A stretch of 64,000 bases of DNA, taken from the sequence record OR805293.1. One strand, written 5' to 3'. This document shows, in pieces, positions 1 to 9,580 of the stretch; the stretch's first letter is position 1; each line of letters opens with the position of its first letter. Under the pieces are notes generated by a model. It searched no databases and was not told where the DNA came from. It saw only the letters and a program-made list of their open reading frames with translations. Both the position numbers and the translations under genes were made by a program.

Positions 1-1
1 C

Positions 2-346
2 CCTCTACACAAAATAGATATAACAGAAGTAATTAAATGGAAACAAATGATACTGCATTGCTTAAATAAAGGATTTTGGTGTACTTTAGATTTTGATATA
101 TGCAATTCTTCTGCAATTTTAGAAATGGATTTATCTAAGTATGATAAATTTATTCCTATTATAAGTGCAAAAATACCAAATATATCCGAATACAATAAAA
201 ACACTATATTAAAGATAGATGATATAGGTTTTGATGAAACTAACGAAGGAGTATGGTGTCATAAGTTAAACGATTTAAAAGATAATACCGTACATACTAG
301 CTGGGACAAATATACAGGAGATATTTCAATTGACGAAAAAAATTAA
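2..346 (+). CDS. hypothetical protein, 5' partial (frame open from window start)
   Basis: Frame open from nt 2 through ATG 47 to the stop at 346; overlaps next gene start. Confidence 0.6.
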   Translation, partial: PLHKIDITEVIKWKQMILHCLNKGFWCTLDFDICNSSAILEMDLSKYDKFIPIISAKIPNISEYNKNTILKIDDIGFDETNEGVWCHKLNDLKDNTVHTSWDKYTGDISIDEKN

Positions 347-635
347 TTATAGCAAAGTATATGAACCGAAAGGCGCACTATATAGAATTCGTCGCATTTC
401 TGACGGTGCATTTAGCACAGGGTCTTCCAGTCCGGCGTTTGTAACTTCTGGTCCGGGAAAAGTATTCAATACTTTAGGTAAACTTAGATCTCATCTTACT
501 ACTATTCGTAATAACCCGGTTTTACAAGACATATACAACGAATGTGAAATTGTTCAGTATGTAGAAGCTGACCAGCCAACATACACTCTAGCTGAACACA
601 CAGAATTACTTATACTTAAAAAGTTAACACAATAA
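330..635 (+). CDS. hypothetical phage protein
   Basis: ORF track; coupled to upstream ORF. Confidence 0.75.
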   Translation: MTKKINYSKVYEPKGALYRIRRISDGAFSTGSSSPAFVTSGPGKVFNTLGKLRSHLTTIRNNPVLQDIYNECEIVQYVEADQPTYTLAEHTELLILKKLTQ

Positions 636-640
636 CGCGC

Positions 641-669
641 TTTACTGCGCGTTAATTTGCGCGTATGCT
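641..669 (+). promoter_or_regulatory. sigma70-like promoter
   Basis: TTTACT-17-TATGCT. Confidence 0.5.
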
Positions 670-698
670 GCAAAAACATGTAACACTAGAGCTTATAT

Positions 699-1175
699 AT
701 GCTTATGCTTAAAAAGCTGTATAACGCAATTTATGCGTTCCTTAACGAACTTGCTTATATAAAATATATAAGATTCTATGTCTTCTTTAAATGTGTTCAT
801 AAGCATCATGTATCGGAAATACTTCTGTTAAGTAATCTAGCAGGTACGACTATAGGAGCATATAGATTTGAACGTCTCGGAAGCATGGATTATTGCACTA
901 TATCGATTGACATGCCACTCGACGAGGATTATTTTATTGCCTGTAATACAAAAGGAATTATTTCTGTAGCAAAATGTAATCTCATATCAATGAATTTTTA
1001 TGATTTTGGTACACAATTATCAAACTATTACTTTTTTAAATACGACAATACATCGAATGGTTCGTTTTTTGTGTATCCATCCAAAAATTATTTAGTACAT
1101 CCAGAAGTAATATCTTATATAAAGAAATATAATAATGAGAGTTTATATAAAAGAACAACGTATTTGCCGGGGTAA
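699..1175 (+). CDS. hypothetical protein (true start may be downstream)
   Basis: ORF track; 5' part lies in a GA/TC-poor promoter tract. Confidence 0.55.
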   Translation: MLMLKKLYNAIYAFLNELAYIKYIRFYVFFKCVHKHHVSEILLLSNLAGTTIGAYRFERLGSMDYCTISIDMPLDEDYFIACNTKGIISVAKCNLISMNFYDFGTQLSNYYFFKYDNTSNGSFFVYPSKNYLVHPEVISYIKKYNNESLYKRTTYLPG

Positions 1176-1374
1176 TGCCGAAATATACGATATAGTTATC
1201 AGACAGGAAGGTTATTTAGAATTTCTAGAAGAAACAGAAACAGAATACACAGGATTTCTAAATGTTGTTAAAATATACAAATGCACCGATGGGTATCAAA
1301 AACGAATTCATACAACAAAACAGAAGTTTTCTTTTCCGAAAGATTCTGACGAAATACTTATAATAGAATTATAG
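1135..1374 (+). CDS. hypothetical protein
   Basis: ORF track; overlaps upstream stop. Confidence 0.6.
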   Translation: MRVYIKEQRICRGNAEIYDIVIRQEGYLEFLEETETEYTGFLNVVKIYKCTDGYQKRIHTTKQKFSFPKDSDEILIIEL

Positions 1375-1384
1375 GAATTTCTGC

Positions 1385-1951
1385 ATGACTACAACTGAGG
1401 CAACTCTACTTAGTCTCGCTATCGCTGCAAGTTGTATGGTAGCAGACAAAATGTATTCTAAAGAATTTGAATACATTACTAACCTTAAAATAAAAGAAGA
1501 AAAACTAAAAGAAGAATTTGCTATAAATGATGAAGATAAAATAAAATCATACATAGCATTGTGTAAAAGAAGAAAGAATTGCAGGGCAGTAGCAGAAGCA
1601 ATATATTATGAAGCGCGTAGTGAATCTAGGATAGGAATGCAAGGTGTAGCATTTACGATATTAAATAGAGCCATGAATCCTACTAGATGGCCCAACACCC
1701 CGTACAGTGTGGTTTACTATAAATGCCAATTTAGTTATACTTGCGACGGCAGTAGAAAACAAGGTTTTAAAGAAAAAGATAAATGGGATTTAGCTAATAT
1801 AGTAGCATATAGGGCTATAAATAGACTATCTAGCGATCCCACCAACGGCGCTGATCATTATTATGCACCGCACAGAGTAAGCAAACCGTATTGGGCAAAG
1901 AAAATGAGAAAAACTGCCAAATTAGGTAATCATGTGTTTTATAAATCGTAA
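1385..1951 (+). CDS. cell wall hydrolase, SleB/Hydrolase_2 family
   Basis: Motifs AEAIYYEARSE, VAFTILNR, CQFS, DPTNGADHYY, PYWAK, GNHVFY; N-terminal hydrophobic segment. Confidence 0.92.
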   Translation: MTTTEATLLSLAIAASCMVADKMYSKEFEYITNLKIKEEKLKEEFAINDEDKIKSYIALCKRRKNCRAVAEAIYYEARSESRIGMQGVAFTILNRAMNPTRWPNTPYSVVYYKCQFSYTCDGSRKQGFKEKDKWDLANIVAYRAINRLSSDPTNGADHYYAPHRVSKPYWAKKMRKTAKLGNHVFYKS

Positions 1952-1966
1952 TGAGGGGATTATACT

Positions 1967-2197
1967 ATGGTATGCAAAACAATAACAAAAGAAATGTTTG
2001 AAATGCAATATAATATAAGAAACTATTCTACCGTTGCTCATATATATATTAGCACAAGAGCAAATATAATAGAAATATATTATAAAACCCCGTTTAACCA
2101 GGGCATAGTATTGCAAAATTATTACGTTAACGAAGAATGCGACCAATATATACAGTCTTGTAGATTATATAGGGAATATGAAAAAAATAGAATATAA
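1967..2197 (+). CDS. hypothetical protein
   Basis: ORF track; GAGGGG RBS upstream. Confidence 0.6.
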   Translation: MVCKTITKEMFEMQYNIRNYSTVAHIYISTRANIIEIYYKTPFNQGIVLQNYYVNEECDQYIQSCRLYREYEKNRI

Positions 2198-2477
2198 AAT
2201 AAATCTTTTAATCGAAGAAATAAAAGAGTTTAAAAGAACAAAAAAAGAACTCAATGAAGACCTAATGCAACATTATACAAAGTTCTATTCAGAACAAGTT
2301 AAAGATGTTTATTTTAGATCTTTAAATTTTAGACGAAATTCTGTAAAACAACTTATTAAACAATTGCATACAGTATGTAAACAAGCTAAAATAAAATTAC
2401 TTTATATTAAAGCTAAGTCTTCAACTAAACAGCAGAGGCAAAAATGTAATAAAGTAAACGTAACTAGACGAACATAA
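2178..2477 (+). CDS. hypothetical basic coiled-coil protein
   Basis: ORF track. Confidence 0.6.
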   Translation: MKKIEYKINLLIEEIKEFKRTKKELNEDLMQHYTKFYSEQVKDVYFRSLNFRRNSVKQLIKQLHTVCKQAKIKLLYIKAKSSTKQQRQKCNKVNVTRRT

Positions 2478-2493
2478 TATTTTGCGCTATACT
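2465..2493 (+). promoter_or_regulatory. sigma70-like promoter
   Basis: TAGACG-17-TATACT upstream of GC-rich gene. Confidence 0.65.
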
Positions 2494-2551
2494 GTATATC
2501 AAGCTAAGAAGCTTAACAAACAACATTAATACAACCGAGAGGTAATTTGCA

Positions 2552-2911
2552 ATGGCAAAAAGCTACGAAGAAGCATGGGCACTGGCAGAATTTCCCGAGC
2601 ACTCGAAGGTCGTCGATGGTCAAGTCGGCGGCGTGACCGAATACGTTCTCCAGGAAATCGACTCCTACTGCATCGTCGACAAGGACGGCAACAAGGTGTG
2701 GCTGAACATTCAGGGCAACATGCACCGCTTGCTCGGTCCGGCCACCCACATCAACGGGAAAAAGAAAAACGCCTGGGCAGTGGACGGTGACATCATCCGC
2801 ACCTGGGATGAATACGAAAAAGCCGTCGGCGACCGGGTGCCGAAAGAGCACATTATGATGCTCAAGCTTCAACACGGCGACGATCAGTTCGAGTTCGACA
2901 CCGACGACTAA
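2552..2911 (+). CDS. GC-rich hypothetical protein with an HRLxGPA motif
   Basis: GAGAGGT RBS, strongly C/G-ending codons, motif MHRLLGPATHING. Confidence 0.9.
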   Translation: MAKSYEEAWALAEFPEHSKVVDGQVGGVTEYVLQEIDSYCIVDKDGNKVWLNIQGNMHRLLGPATHINGKKKNAWAVDGDIIRTWDEYEKAVGDRVPKEHIMMLKLQHGDDQFEFDTDD

Positions 2912-2933
2912 ACCGGCGGCGAGTGCGCTCGGT

Positions 2934-2974
2934 TTATATAAAATAAGGGACTTTATGTCCCTTATTTTATATAA
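2934..2974. terminator. long perfect hairpin, probable bidirectional terminator
   Basis: TATATAAAATAAGGGAC-tttat-GTCCCTTATTTTATATA. Confidence 0.75.
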
Positions 2975-3097
2975 GAAATAAACAATAAATGACATTTTTA
3001 GTTGAATGTTGCTTGCAATCATGTATTTTTGAATATAATAATTAATGTAAAATATTAGTCGTTTCTGTAATTATATTTTCATAATAGGATATATAGT

Positions 3098-3706
3098 GTG
3101 TTCAAAAATGAATGTTTATTAGTAGGTGTGACTGAAGTTATTGCGAATATATTTTTATTTTCTAAATGTGTTTCTGAATGCAAACCAGCTGGCACATATG
3201 TAAGTAATCAATCTATAATCTTACGATGGTACTCAACTGGTATAGTAAGTGAAGTTATATATAATATCAAAATAGTGCCTTCTGTAAATAATAAATTATT
3301 TTTAAATACGATAACATGGTCTGATGGTCATTATGCCTACCAAGACATTAAAAAACCGACCAAAGTATCAGATGTATTACATACTAATAAATATGAAACT
3401 TCGTTTGCTATCCATTTTAAAAACATATCGTTTGATATGTTTATTCCTTTTATAGTAAAGGAAGTAAGAGAATGTCAATTTACAATACACGATCTACGGT
3501 ACATAACAACGATTCCCATAGGATCGCGAAATACCAATTATAAAATAATATCGTATGTAAATGATACAGATTTATGTAATGTACATTTTAGTGCCAGGAA
3601 TTACCTGTACTTTTCATTGACCACATATAATTATAATACTATATATAAACACACATTCAAAATATCAGAACAGTTTAGTATATGGGATATTGATGAAATA
3701 TGTTAA
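3098..3706 (+). CDS. hypothetical protein
   Basis: 202-aa ORF, AGGA RBS, GTG start. Confidence 0.7.
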   Translation: MFKNECLLVGVTEVIANIFLFSKCVSECKPAGTYVSNQSIILRWYSTGIVSEVIYNIKIVPSVNNKLFLNTITWSDGHYAYQDIKKPTKVSDVLHTNKYETSFAIHFKNISFDMFIPFIVKEVRECQFTIHDLRYITTIPIGSRNTNYKIISYVNDTDLCNVHFSARNYLYFSLTTYNYNTIYKHTFKISEQFSIWDIDEIC

Positions 3707-4308
3707 ATTTAAAAGAAATAAGAAAGTCTGAATACGGGAATATATTTGGAGTTAGCTATCTTATATATAACTGCAGACTTTCTAGTTTCGATGTAGTTCG
3801 AAATTCATGCATAATATGTTTTGAGAGCAATTTTTATAATTGTATAATTCATTCGTGCGAATTGGATTTATTTTATTATAAATATGGATCTTTAAATGAC
3901 GATCCAGAAAATAATATCTATCCTACTGAAATTAAATTATTAAATTCAAACAAATTAAAGAAGAATAGAATTTTTTATTCTTATATATCTATAATATCCA
4001 AAGCAAATGAGTTATACAAATATATTCCCTATATACTATCTAGGATTGCATCCAATTCTATCGTACTTCATAATTACAAAAACTTGAATATAGGTGATTA
4101 CGGCGGTTTTATACGTGTGTGGACATACTGGACTAATTCACACATACTCGGAGGACCTAATGTAAGTGTAAATAATTCGGCTATAACTGTTATATTTCCT
4201 AAGATCAATAAAACAGAATACAGCATGCCTGTAATAGAATCCTATAATTTGGTATTAGAAATAGATAAAAACTCTAATATAATTTTTCCGGTATTAATAA
4301 ATGAATGA
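3700..4308 (+). CDS. hypothetical protein, possible distant paralog of 3098..3706
   Basis: 202-aa ORF; weak shared IP[FY]I...H...IG pattern. Confidence 0.7.
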   Translation: MLNLKEIRKSEYGNIFGVSYLIYNCRLSSFDVVRNSCIICFESNFYNCIIHSCELDLFYYKYGSLNDDPENNIYPTEIKLLNSNKLKKNRIFYSYISIISKANELYKYIPYILSRIASNSIVLHNYKNLNIGDYGGFIRVWTYWTNSHILGGPNVSVNNSAITVIFPKINKTEYSMPVIESYNLVLEIDKNSNIIFPVLINE

Positions 4309-4780
4309 AACCATACAATCTCTCCGAAGAGAAATAGAATTATTAAAAGATCAAGGTCTAAAATTAAGACATATAAAAAATCCTTGTAAAAAATGTATGG
4401 GCTACGGAATTATTTGTTATGGATCTACTGCTATGTGGAACAGAGGTGCAGTCGGAGGGAATGCAATAACACCCGGCCGGTGCGATGCTTGCTGGGGTTC
4501 TGGTGATGAAGATAACCCGTGGGAAAATTTATTAGAATTAACAATTCAAAAAAGAACAATAGATACAATCTACAACTCTCTTAAATTGGATGGTTGGATA
4601 GAAGTAACGTCCGATACTGTATTTTTTAAAGGAAGTAACAGAGTTGTTACTAAATCTGGAAATATTTTATATGGATATAGAAGTTATTATAATGACAAAC
4701 AATTAATCTGCTACATCGAAGAACCTAATACTTCAATTAATTTAAAAATAACTAGTTGTGTTTTTATACAAAAGTGTTAA
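4301..4780 (+). CDS. DnaJ-type zinc finger (CxxCxGxG) protein
   Basis: CKKCMGYG and CDACWGSG. Confidence 0.7.
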   Translation: MNETIQSLRREIELLKDQGLKLRHIKNPCKKCMGYGIICYGSTAMWNRGAVGGNAITPGRCDACWGSGDEDNPWENLLELTIQKRTIDTIYNSLKLDGWIEVTSDTVFFKGSNRVVTKSGNILYGYRSYYNDKQLICYIEEPNTSINLKITSCVFIQKC

Positions 4781-4802
4781 AATGTAATATATTTAAAAAC
4801 TT

Positions 4803-5192
4803 TTGAGATTACCAATGTATAATTTCGAAAAGTTTATAACCGAGTATCTGTATAATAAAAAAGAGACAGAGCATTACGGGTATTTTTCTATATATAATTC
4901 TATTATTTTAAAGTGTATTTCTGGATGTTCAGATGAGCACTACGAATTTATTTCTAATTCTTTTATATCATATAAATGTAAAAAGAAATTAATAATAGAA
5001 TTTTCTGTTAAATCGAAAGATAACATATACCATTCCATTAAACTTGCAGCAAAATATCACTCTAAAACAAAAGAAAAGTTAGACACTATTACTAATGTGG
5101 ATAATTTATTTTTGTTTGAAACAAAAATAGGAATTATAGGTAATAATTTGTCTGTATATGTAGATTTAGGCGAAGTAGAATATATTGTATGA
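4803..5192 (+). CDS. hypothetical protein
   Basis: ORF track; ATGA overlap with next gene. Confidence 0.65.
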   Translation: MRLPMYNFEKFITEYLYNKKETEHYGYFSIYNSIILKCISGCSDEHYEFISNSFISYKCKKKLIIEFSVKSKDNIYHSIKLAAKYHSKTKEKLDTITNVDNLFLFETKIGIIGNNLSVYVDLGEVEYIV

Positions 5193-5815
5193 TATACAGT
5201 TCGCATGCAAACATATTTAGGTCTGTTGCAAATTCTCTTATTTTAGAAATTTATAAAATAAACATCTCTTTAGAAAAAATGATAGACGATGGACACGGCG
5301 ACATATTAGATAGACAAGTAGTTTGCAGGAAAGGAACTTGGTTTTCTAAAAATTATTATATAATTTCTTCTTCTGCAAAAGAATTAGTTTCTCTTTCACC
5401 TGCATTTGTAGAAATATCAAACATTACTGTATCTGCATATACTTCTGGCGCATTAAAAAATAACCCTTTATCTAAAATGAAGGGATTCGACAAATATATG
5501 CATAATGTAGGTGATGCGCTAACTGCAATTAATTCGTCTAAGCTTGCAAACAAACTATTTAAATCTATAGAAGAACAAAATATAATTGTTGCTAAAGGCA
5601 GGGAAGAATATGCTTTATCGCAAAGTTTAATAAAAGAAAATTGTCATACAAACAAAGGAATACAATATAAACAATTAGAAGAAATAATTAATACCTATAT
5701 ACGTCAATTGCCAGAACACTTACAACACGAAGCAAGAAACAGAATAAGAAAATCCGATAAGAAACTTAAATCTTTAATTAGTTACGCACAAGAACATAAC
5801 ATAACTTTTATATAG
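5189..5815 (+). CDS. hypothetical protein
   Basis: 208-aa ORF. Confidence 0.75.
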   Translation: MIYSSHANIFRSVANSLILEIYKINISLEKMIDDGHGDILDRQVVCRKGTWFSKNYYIISSSAKELVSLSPAFVEISNITVSAYTSGALKNNPLSKMKGFDKYMHNVGDALTAINSSKLANKLFKSIEEQNIIVAKGREEYALSQSLIKENCHTNKGIQYKQLEEIINTYIRQLPEHLQHEARNRIRKSDKKLKSLISYAQEHNITFI

Positions 5816-5825
5816 TGGAAATATA

Positions 5826-6155
5826 ATGAAAAATATAATTAAACATATTTTAGATTTTTATAACGGATTTTCCTATATAGTTCTATCAAACGTTATATTT
5901 CTTTTCAGTTGTATAGTAACTACAGTATTTCTGTGTTATGTGTCTAAATTAAATAATGTACAAAATTTGGTATCCGACTCGGTTTATACAACTATAGTAG
6001 TTTTGTATTGTATTATAGGTCTTCTATGTGGATTAAAAAGTTGTAAAATAATAGAATTGATAAAACCAGAGAAAAATATTGCAACTACTGTAGGTGTTAT
6101 AACCGGCATCGCCGTAGTGTTAGTTGCTATGTTGGGATGGATATATGCGGCGTAA
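5826..6155 (+). CDS. membrane protein
   Basis: Three hydrophobic segments. Confidence 0.7.
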   Translation: MKNIIKHILDFYNGFSYIVLSNVIFLFSCIVTTVFLCYVSKLNNVQNLVSDSVYTTIVVLYCIIGLLCGLKSCKIIELIKPEKNIATTVGVITGIAVVLVAMLGWIYAA

Positions 6156-7572
6156 TAGAAATCTTTCATCTTCTCATAGATTGATATCAAAAGTAGCCGT
6201 TAAGATTAAAATTCCCCATATGATGAGCGGGAAATTAAATGGAGCATTTGATCACTATTTTAGTAAGAATATAATAGCAGAGGATGCTGCTATCTGTAGA
6301 TGGGCAGGAGATAGCAAATATGCAGGAAGATCGTCGATATATTCTGACGATATACCCCGTCAATTAATACGCAACACTGCAGGAAATGTCTCAGGTTGCA
6401 CATCTTACACTAACAAAGTTATTATGAATTATAAAGAGGATGCCGGAATGACTCAAGTTAACAGAACCTACACACGTAATAGTAACGATATTGAGTTTTC
6501 TCTGGAAGAAGAATTCTCTAATGTCTTTAATGAATCGCCTATAAGAAAAACGTGGGTAGCATTTATAGATTGTAACACAAAGGCAGTAGAAGAAGCATTT
6601 AAAACTTGCCTAAGTAAAGAATCGTTTGATATAATCTCCAAAAAATATACAAATATAACATCTTATTCGTCATCTGATGCAGAGCGAGATGCAGACGTTG
6701 CATCTGAGGAAATTTGGGTAATAGGAAACGAAAAAGCAGCTATTTCTAGAATTACAGATATTTACGATAGTGTACGGTTTATGGTAATTTCTGCAAATGA
6801 TAGTTGTAATGTAGCTAGGTTTGTAGAAGAATTTGGAAAAGTATATGCAAATGCATATCCTAAAGTAAAAGAAGAAAAACCGGAAATTAATATTATTGTG
6901 GCTGATTCCCACGGTTATGATTTAGAGTCGTTTGACATGACTCCTCTGCAAAACATAGATGCCTTTATTGAAGAAAATTATAACGATGATTTTAAAGACA
7001 CATCTGAATATATAGTAGAAAAAATTATTAGTTCTAGTAAAGGTATAACACTCCTTCATGGCGAACGAGGAACTGGTAAAACTAATTTCATCCGATACAT
7101 TGCAAATAAAGCTAAAAAGAAGAAACTCATATATGTTCCTTCCGATATGGCTCCGGAGTTAGCCAGACCTCAGTTTGTCTCGTTTGTTATGAACCACAAA
7201 GATAGTGTGTTTATAGTAGAAGACGCAGAAAATATTCTCCGTCCTCGGGAAGGCGGCGGCAGTTCGGCAGTGTCTAACCTTCTTAACATGAGTGACGGTA
7301 TCCTAGGTGATGCTGTTCGGTGTCAGTTTATTTGTACGTTTAACTGTAAAATTTCAGAAATTGACAGTGCATTGACTCGTAAAGGTCGGTTAAATGCAGA
7401 GTATGAATTTAACAAATTAACAAAAGAAAAATCCCAAAATCTTTTAGACAAAAAATACGGAACAGGAACATATGTAGCAAAAGGCGAAATGACGCTAGCA
7501 GACATTTACAATATGGATAATCCTGACTTTAAAGTCCAACTTAAGAAACAAAAAATTGGTTTCGGGAACTAA
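6124..7572 (+). CDS. AAA+ ATPase (true start probably ATG 6448, after AGAGGA)
   Basis: Walker A GERGTGKT, Walker B VFIVEDAE, LLNMSDG, ICTFN, SRH IDSALTRKGRL. Confidence 0.9.
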   Translation: MLCWDGYMRRNRNLSSSHRLISKVAVKIKIPHMMSGKLNGAFDHYFSKNIIAEDAAICRWAGDSKYAGRSSIYSDDIPRQLIRNTAGNVSGCTSYTNKVIMNYKEDAGMTQVNRTYTRNSNDIEFSLEEEFSNVFNESPIRKTWVAFIDCNTKAVEEAFKTCLSKESFDIISKKYTNITSYSSSDAERDADVASEEIWVIGNEKAAISRITDIYDSVRFMVISANDSCNVARFVEEFGKVYANAYPKVKEEKPEINIIVADSHGYDLESFDMTPLQNIDAFIEENYNDDFKDTSEYIVEKIISSSKGITLLHGERGTGKTNFIRYIANKAKKKKLIYVPSDMAPELARPQFVSFVMNHKDSVFIVEDAENILRPREGGGSSAVSNLLNMSDGILGDAVRCQFICTFNCKISEIDSALTRKGRLNAEYEFNKLTKEKSQNLLDKKYGTGTYVAKGEMTLADIYNMDNPDFKVQLKKQKIGFGN

Positions 7573-7577
7573 ACAAT

Positions 7578-7841
7578 ATGCGTAGATATTTCATTGTATA
7601 TTTTTCACTGGTATTCATATTAGCTATATCCGGAATTATATATGCGTTGACATATGGATTTATGTTTGCCGGAAAAGAAAACTCTCCAGGGTATTCTAAT
7701 AGTAGGGATAATCTTATTAAAAATATGAATGAATTATTGGAACAACAAAAAGCACTAAATTTGGAAATAAAGGAATTAAATAAAGAAATTAATTCTACTA
7801 AAACTGAAATATCATCTAAATTACAAAATGTAGACACCTAA
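7578..7841 (+). CDS. membrane-anchored coiled-coil protein
   Basis: N-terminal TM segment plus heptad-rich C-terminus. Confidence 0.65.
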   Translation: MRRYFIVYFSLVFILAISGIIYALTYGFMFAGKENSPGYSNSRDNLIKNMNELLEQQKALNLEIKELNKEINSTKTEISSKLQNVDT

Positions 7842-7859
7842 TAGTAGTTTCTATATAAT

Positions 7860-7893
7860 AAAACAGGAGCATTAGGCTCCTGTTTTATTTTTT
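7860..7893. terminator. bidirectional intrinsic terminator between convergent genes
   Basis: AAAACAGGAGC-attag-GCTCCTGTTTT followed by T-run. Confidence 0.85.
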
Positions 7894-8624
7894 GAAATTT
7901 TAGTCATTATAGTATTATATAAATCATATGCACGTTTGATTATGCGTTTGTATGCTCTGGGGTTTTCGTTTTTAAGAAACATAATATAATTTATGTGTGC
8001 ATTTTCTATAAATGCATTTATAAATTCTTCTTTTGTTAAGACAGTTCCTTTTTTGTATAAAAAACTAAATTGATCTACAGTTTGTTCTAAAGCTTGACTT
8101 ATTCTTGCATTTATTTCGTATGATTGTCTATAATATGTATCTGAAGATGCCGGATCGTATCTTTTTATTTTTTCATTCTTAAACGGTTGTCCTTTATTTT
8201 TATCTAGTGCATGCCTTAACTCATGTACTATAGTTGAAACTACACTCTTGTTATTACTAAAAGAATTACCATAATAATGAGTATAAACATATATAGTATT
8301 AGATACTAAGTTGTATTCTCCTTTCTTTGCACCGTGTTGTCCGGAAATGTCAAACACTACCTGTATATCTTTAAATTCATTGTATAGATCATCGAATATA
8401 TCATCAGGAATTATATTTTTTAAAACAACAGTATAGGTACTTAACATTAATTGTACAGTCGGCCAATCGTAGTTTTTCAACAACAATTGATCTTCTATTT
8501 CTTCTCTGTGTTGCTTTAAATTGTTGAAATATGATATAGCGTTTGCTACACACATTTTTGCAATATTTTGAATAATCAGTTCTTCGTCTGAAGTTTCGAT
8601 TAAATTAATTTCGTTTAGTCGCAC
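7872..8624 (-). CDS. HExxH zinc-metallopeptidase-like protein (paralog 2)
   Basis: TIVHELRHALD ... YEINAR; N-terminus MRLNEI. Confidence 0.7.
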   Translation of the reverse strand: MRLNEINLIETSDEELIIQNIAKMCVANAISYFNNLKQHREEIEDQLLLKNYDWPTVQLMLSTYTVVLKNIIPDDIFDDLYNEFKDIQVVFDISGQHGAKKGEYNLVSNTIYVYTHYYGNSFSNNKSVVSTIVHELRHALDKNKGQPFKNEKIKRYDPASSDTYYRQSYEINARISQALEQTVDQFSFLYKKGTVLTKEEFINAFIENAHINYIMFLKNENPRAYKRIIKRAYDLYNTIMTKISKNKTGA

Positions 8625-9294
8625 GATTTTCTGCCCTTATCTTTAATGTAACATACAATTCGTAACATCTAGATACTATTCGTTTCCATACTTTTGGATT
8701 TTCTTTCTTTAAGTATGTAAGCTGATGACCTTTTGCGAATTTTTCTATATTATCTAGAAACCATTCTTTGGATGGTATTTCTTTTGAAGATCCCCAATAC
8801 TGCAAAAATATAACCTTAAGATCATTTAATAATTCGGCTATTCTTGCATTTATTTCGTATTTTTGATTTAAATATTCTTTATGTTTATCTGAATTGTTTG
8901 TATGTTTATATAATAATGGATTACCCTTAGAACTATCTAATGCATGTTGTAATTCATGAACTAAGGTATTTGTGTATGTTATATCATTTTTATATGAATC
9001 TGGACCTATATCAAAAAGTGCTATGAGATTTTTGCCATCAGTTCTTTGAATAAAAGCACCGTTGTATTGTTCTGGATGCTCATTCGCATACGGACGTATT
9101 ATTAAATCGGAAATATTATTTAAAACAGGATACTTATCGAAATATTCTTGTTTTATTAAATCTTTTAGTTTGTATGAATTGTATATTTTATTTTCTGCAT
9201 TCTTTTCTATAACAAACCATATTATTTTTGCAATAGTAGATAATATTATACTTTCGCTTGCCTTTTCTGTTAGATTAAATTCTAAAATTTTCAT
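8605..9294 (-). CDS. HExxH zinc-metallopeptidase-like protein (paralog 1)
   Basis: TLVHELQHALD ... YEINAR; N-terminus MKILEF. Confidence 0.7.
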   Translation of the reverse strand: MKILEFNLTEKASESIILSTIAKIIWFVIEKNAENKIYNSYKLKDLIKQEYFDKYPVLNNISDLIIRPYANEHPEQYNGAFIQRTDGKNLIALFDIGPDSYKNDITYTNTLVHELQHALDSSKGNPLLYKHTNNSDKHKEYLNQKYEINARIAELLNDLKVIFLQYWGSSKEIPSKEWFLDNIEKFAKGHQLTYLKKENPKVWKRIVSRCYELYVTLKIRAENRATKRN

Positions 9295-9300
9295 TATATC

Positions 9301-9495
9301 CTATCCGTTATGTTTCCAATACTGGATAGATTTTTCTTGTTTAGAAACCCAGTCTTTAGAAGGTTTTCCTTTACCCTCATAATATCTAAGGGGCTTCCCT
9401 GTCTTTTTAGAAACAAGTGCCCATTTTCCATTTATATGTTTTAATTCTTCGTCTAATTCTGACGATTCTAGTATGCATATTTCGGAAAGTTTCAT
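9301..9495 (-). CDS. small basic phage protein
   Basis: MKLSEI start; GKWALVSKKTGKPL...IQYWKH pattern. Confidence 0.7.
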   Translation of the reverse strand: MKLSEICILESSELDEELKHINGKWALVSKKTGKPLRYYEGKGKPSKDWVSKQEKSIQYWKHNG

Positions 9496-9526
9496 AATCT
9501 TTAATCCTGTATTATATGTATATGCT

Positions 9527-9552
9527 TATTTATCGCATTATATAACTAAATA
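9527..9552. promoter_or_regulatory. divergent TAAATA (T4-late-like) promoter candidates
   Basis: TAAATA on - strand at 9527-9532 and on + strand at 9547-9552 between divergent genes; another at ~21466. Common by chance in AT-rich DNA. Confidence 0.35.
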
Positions 9553-9580
9553 GTGTTATCTTGTAAAGGAGGAGTTTTCC

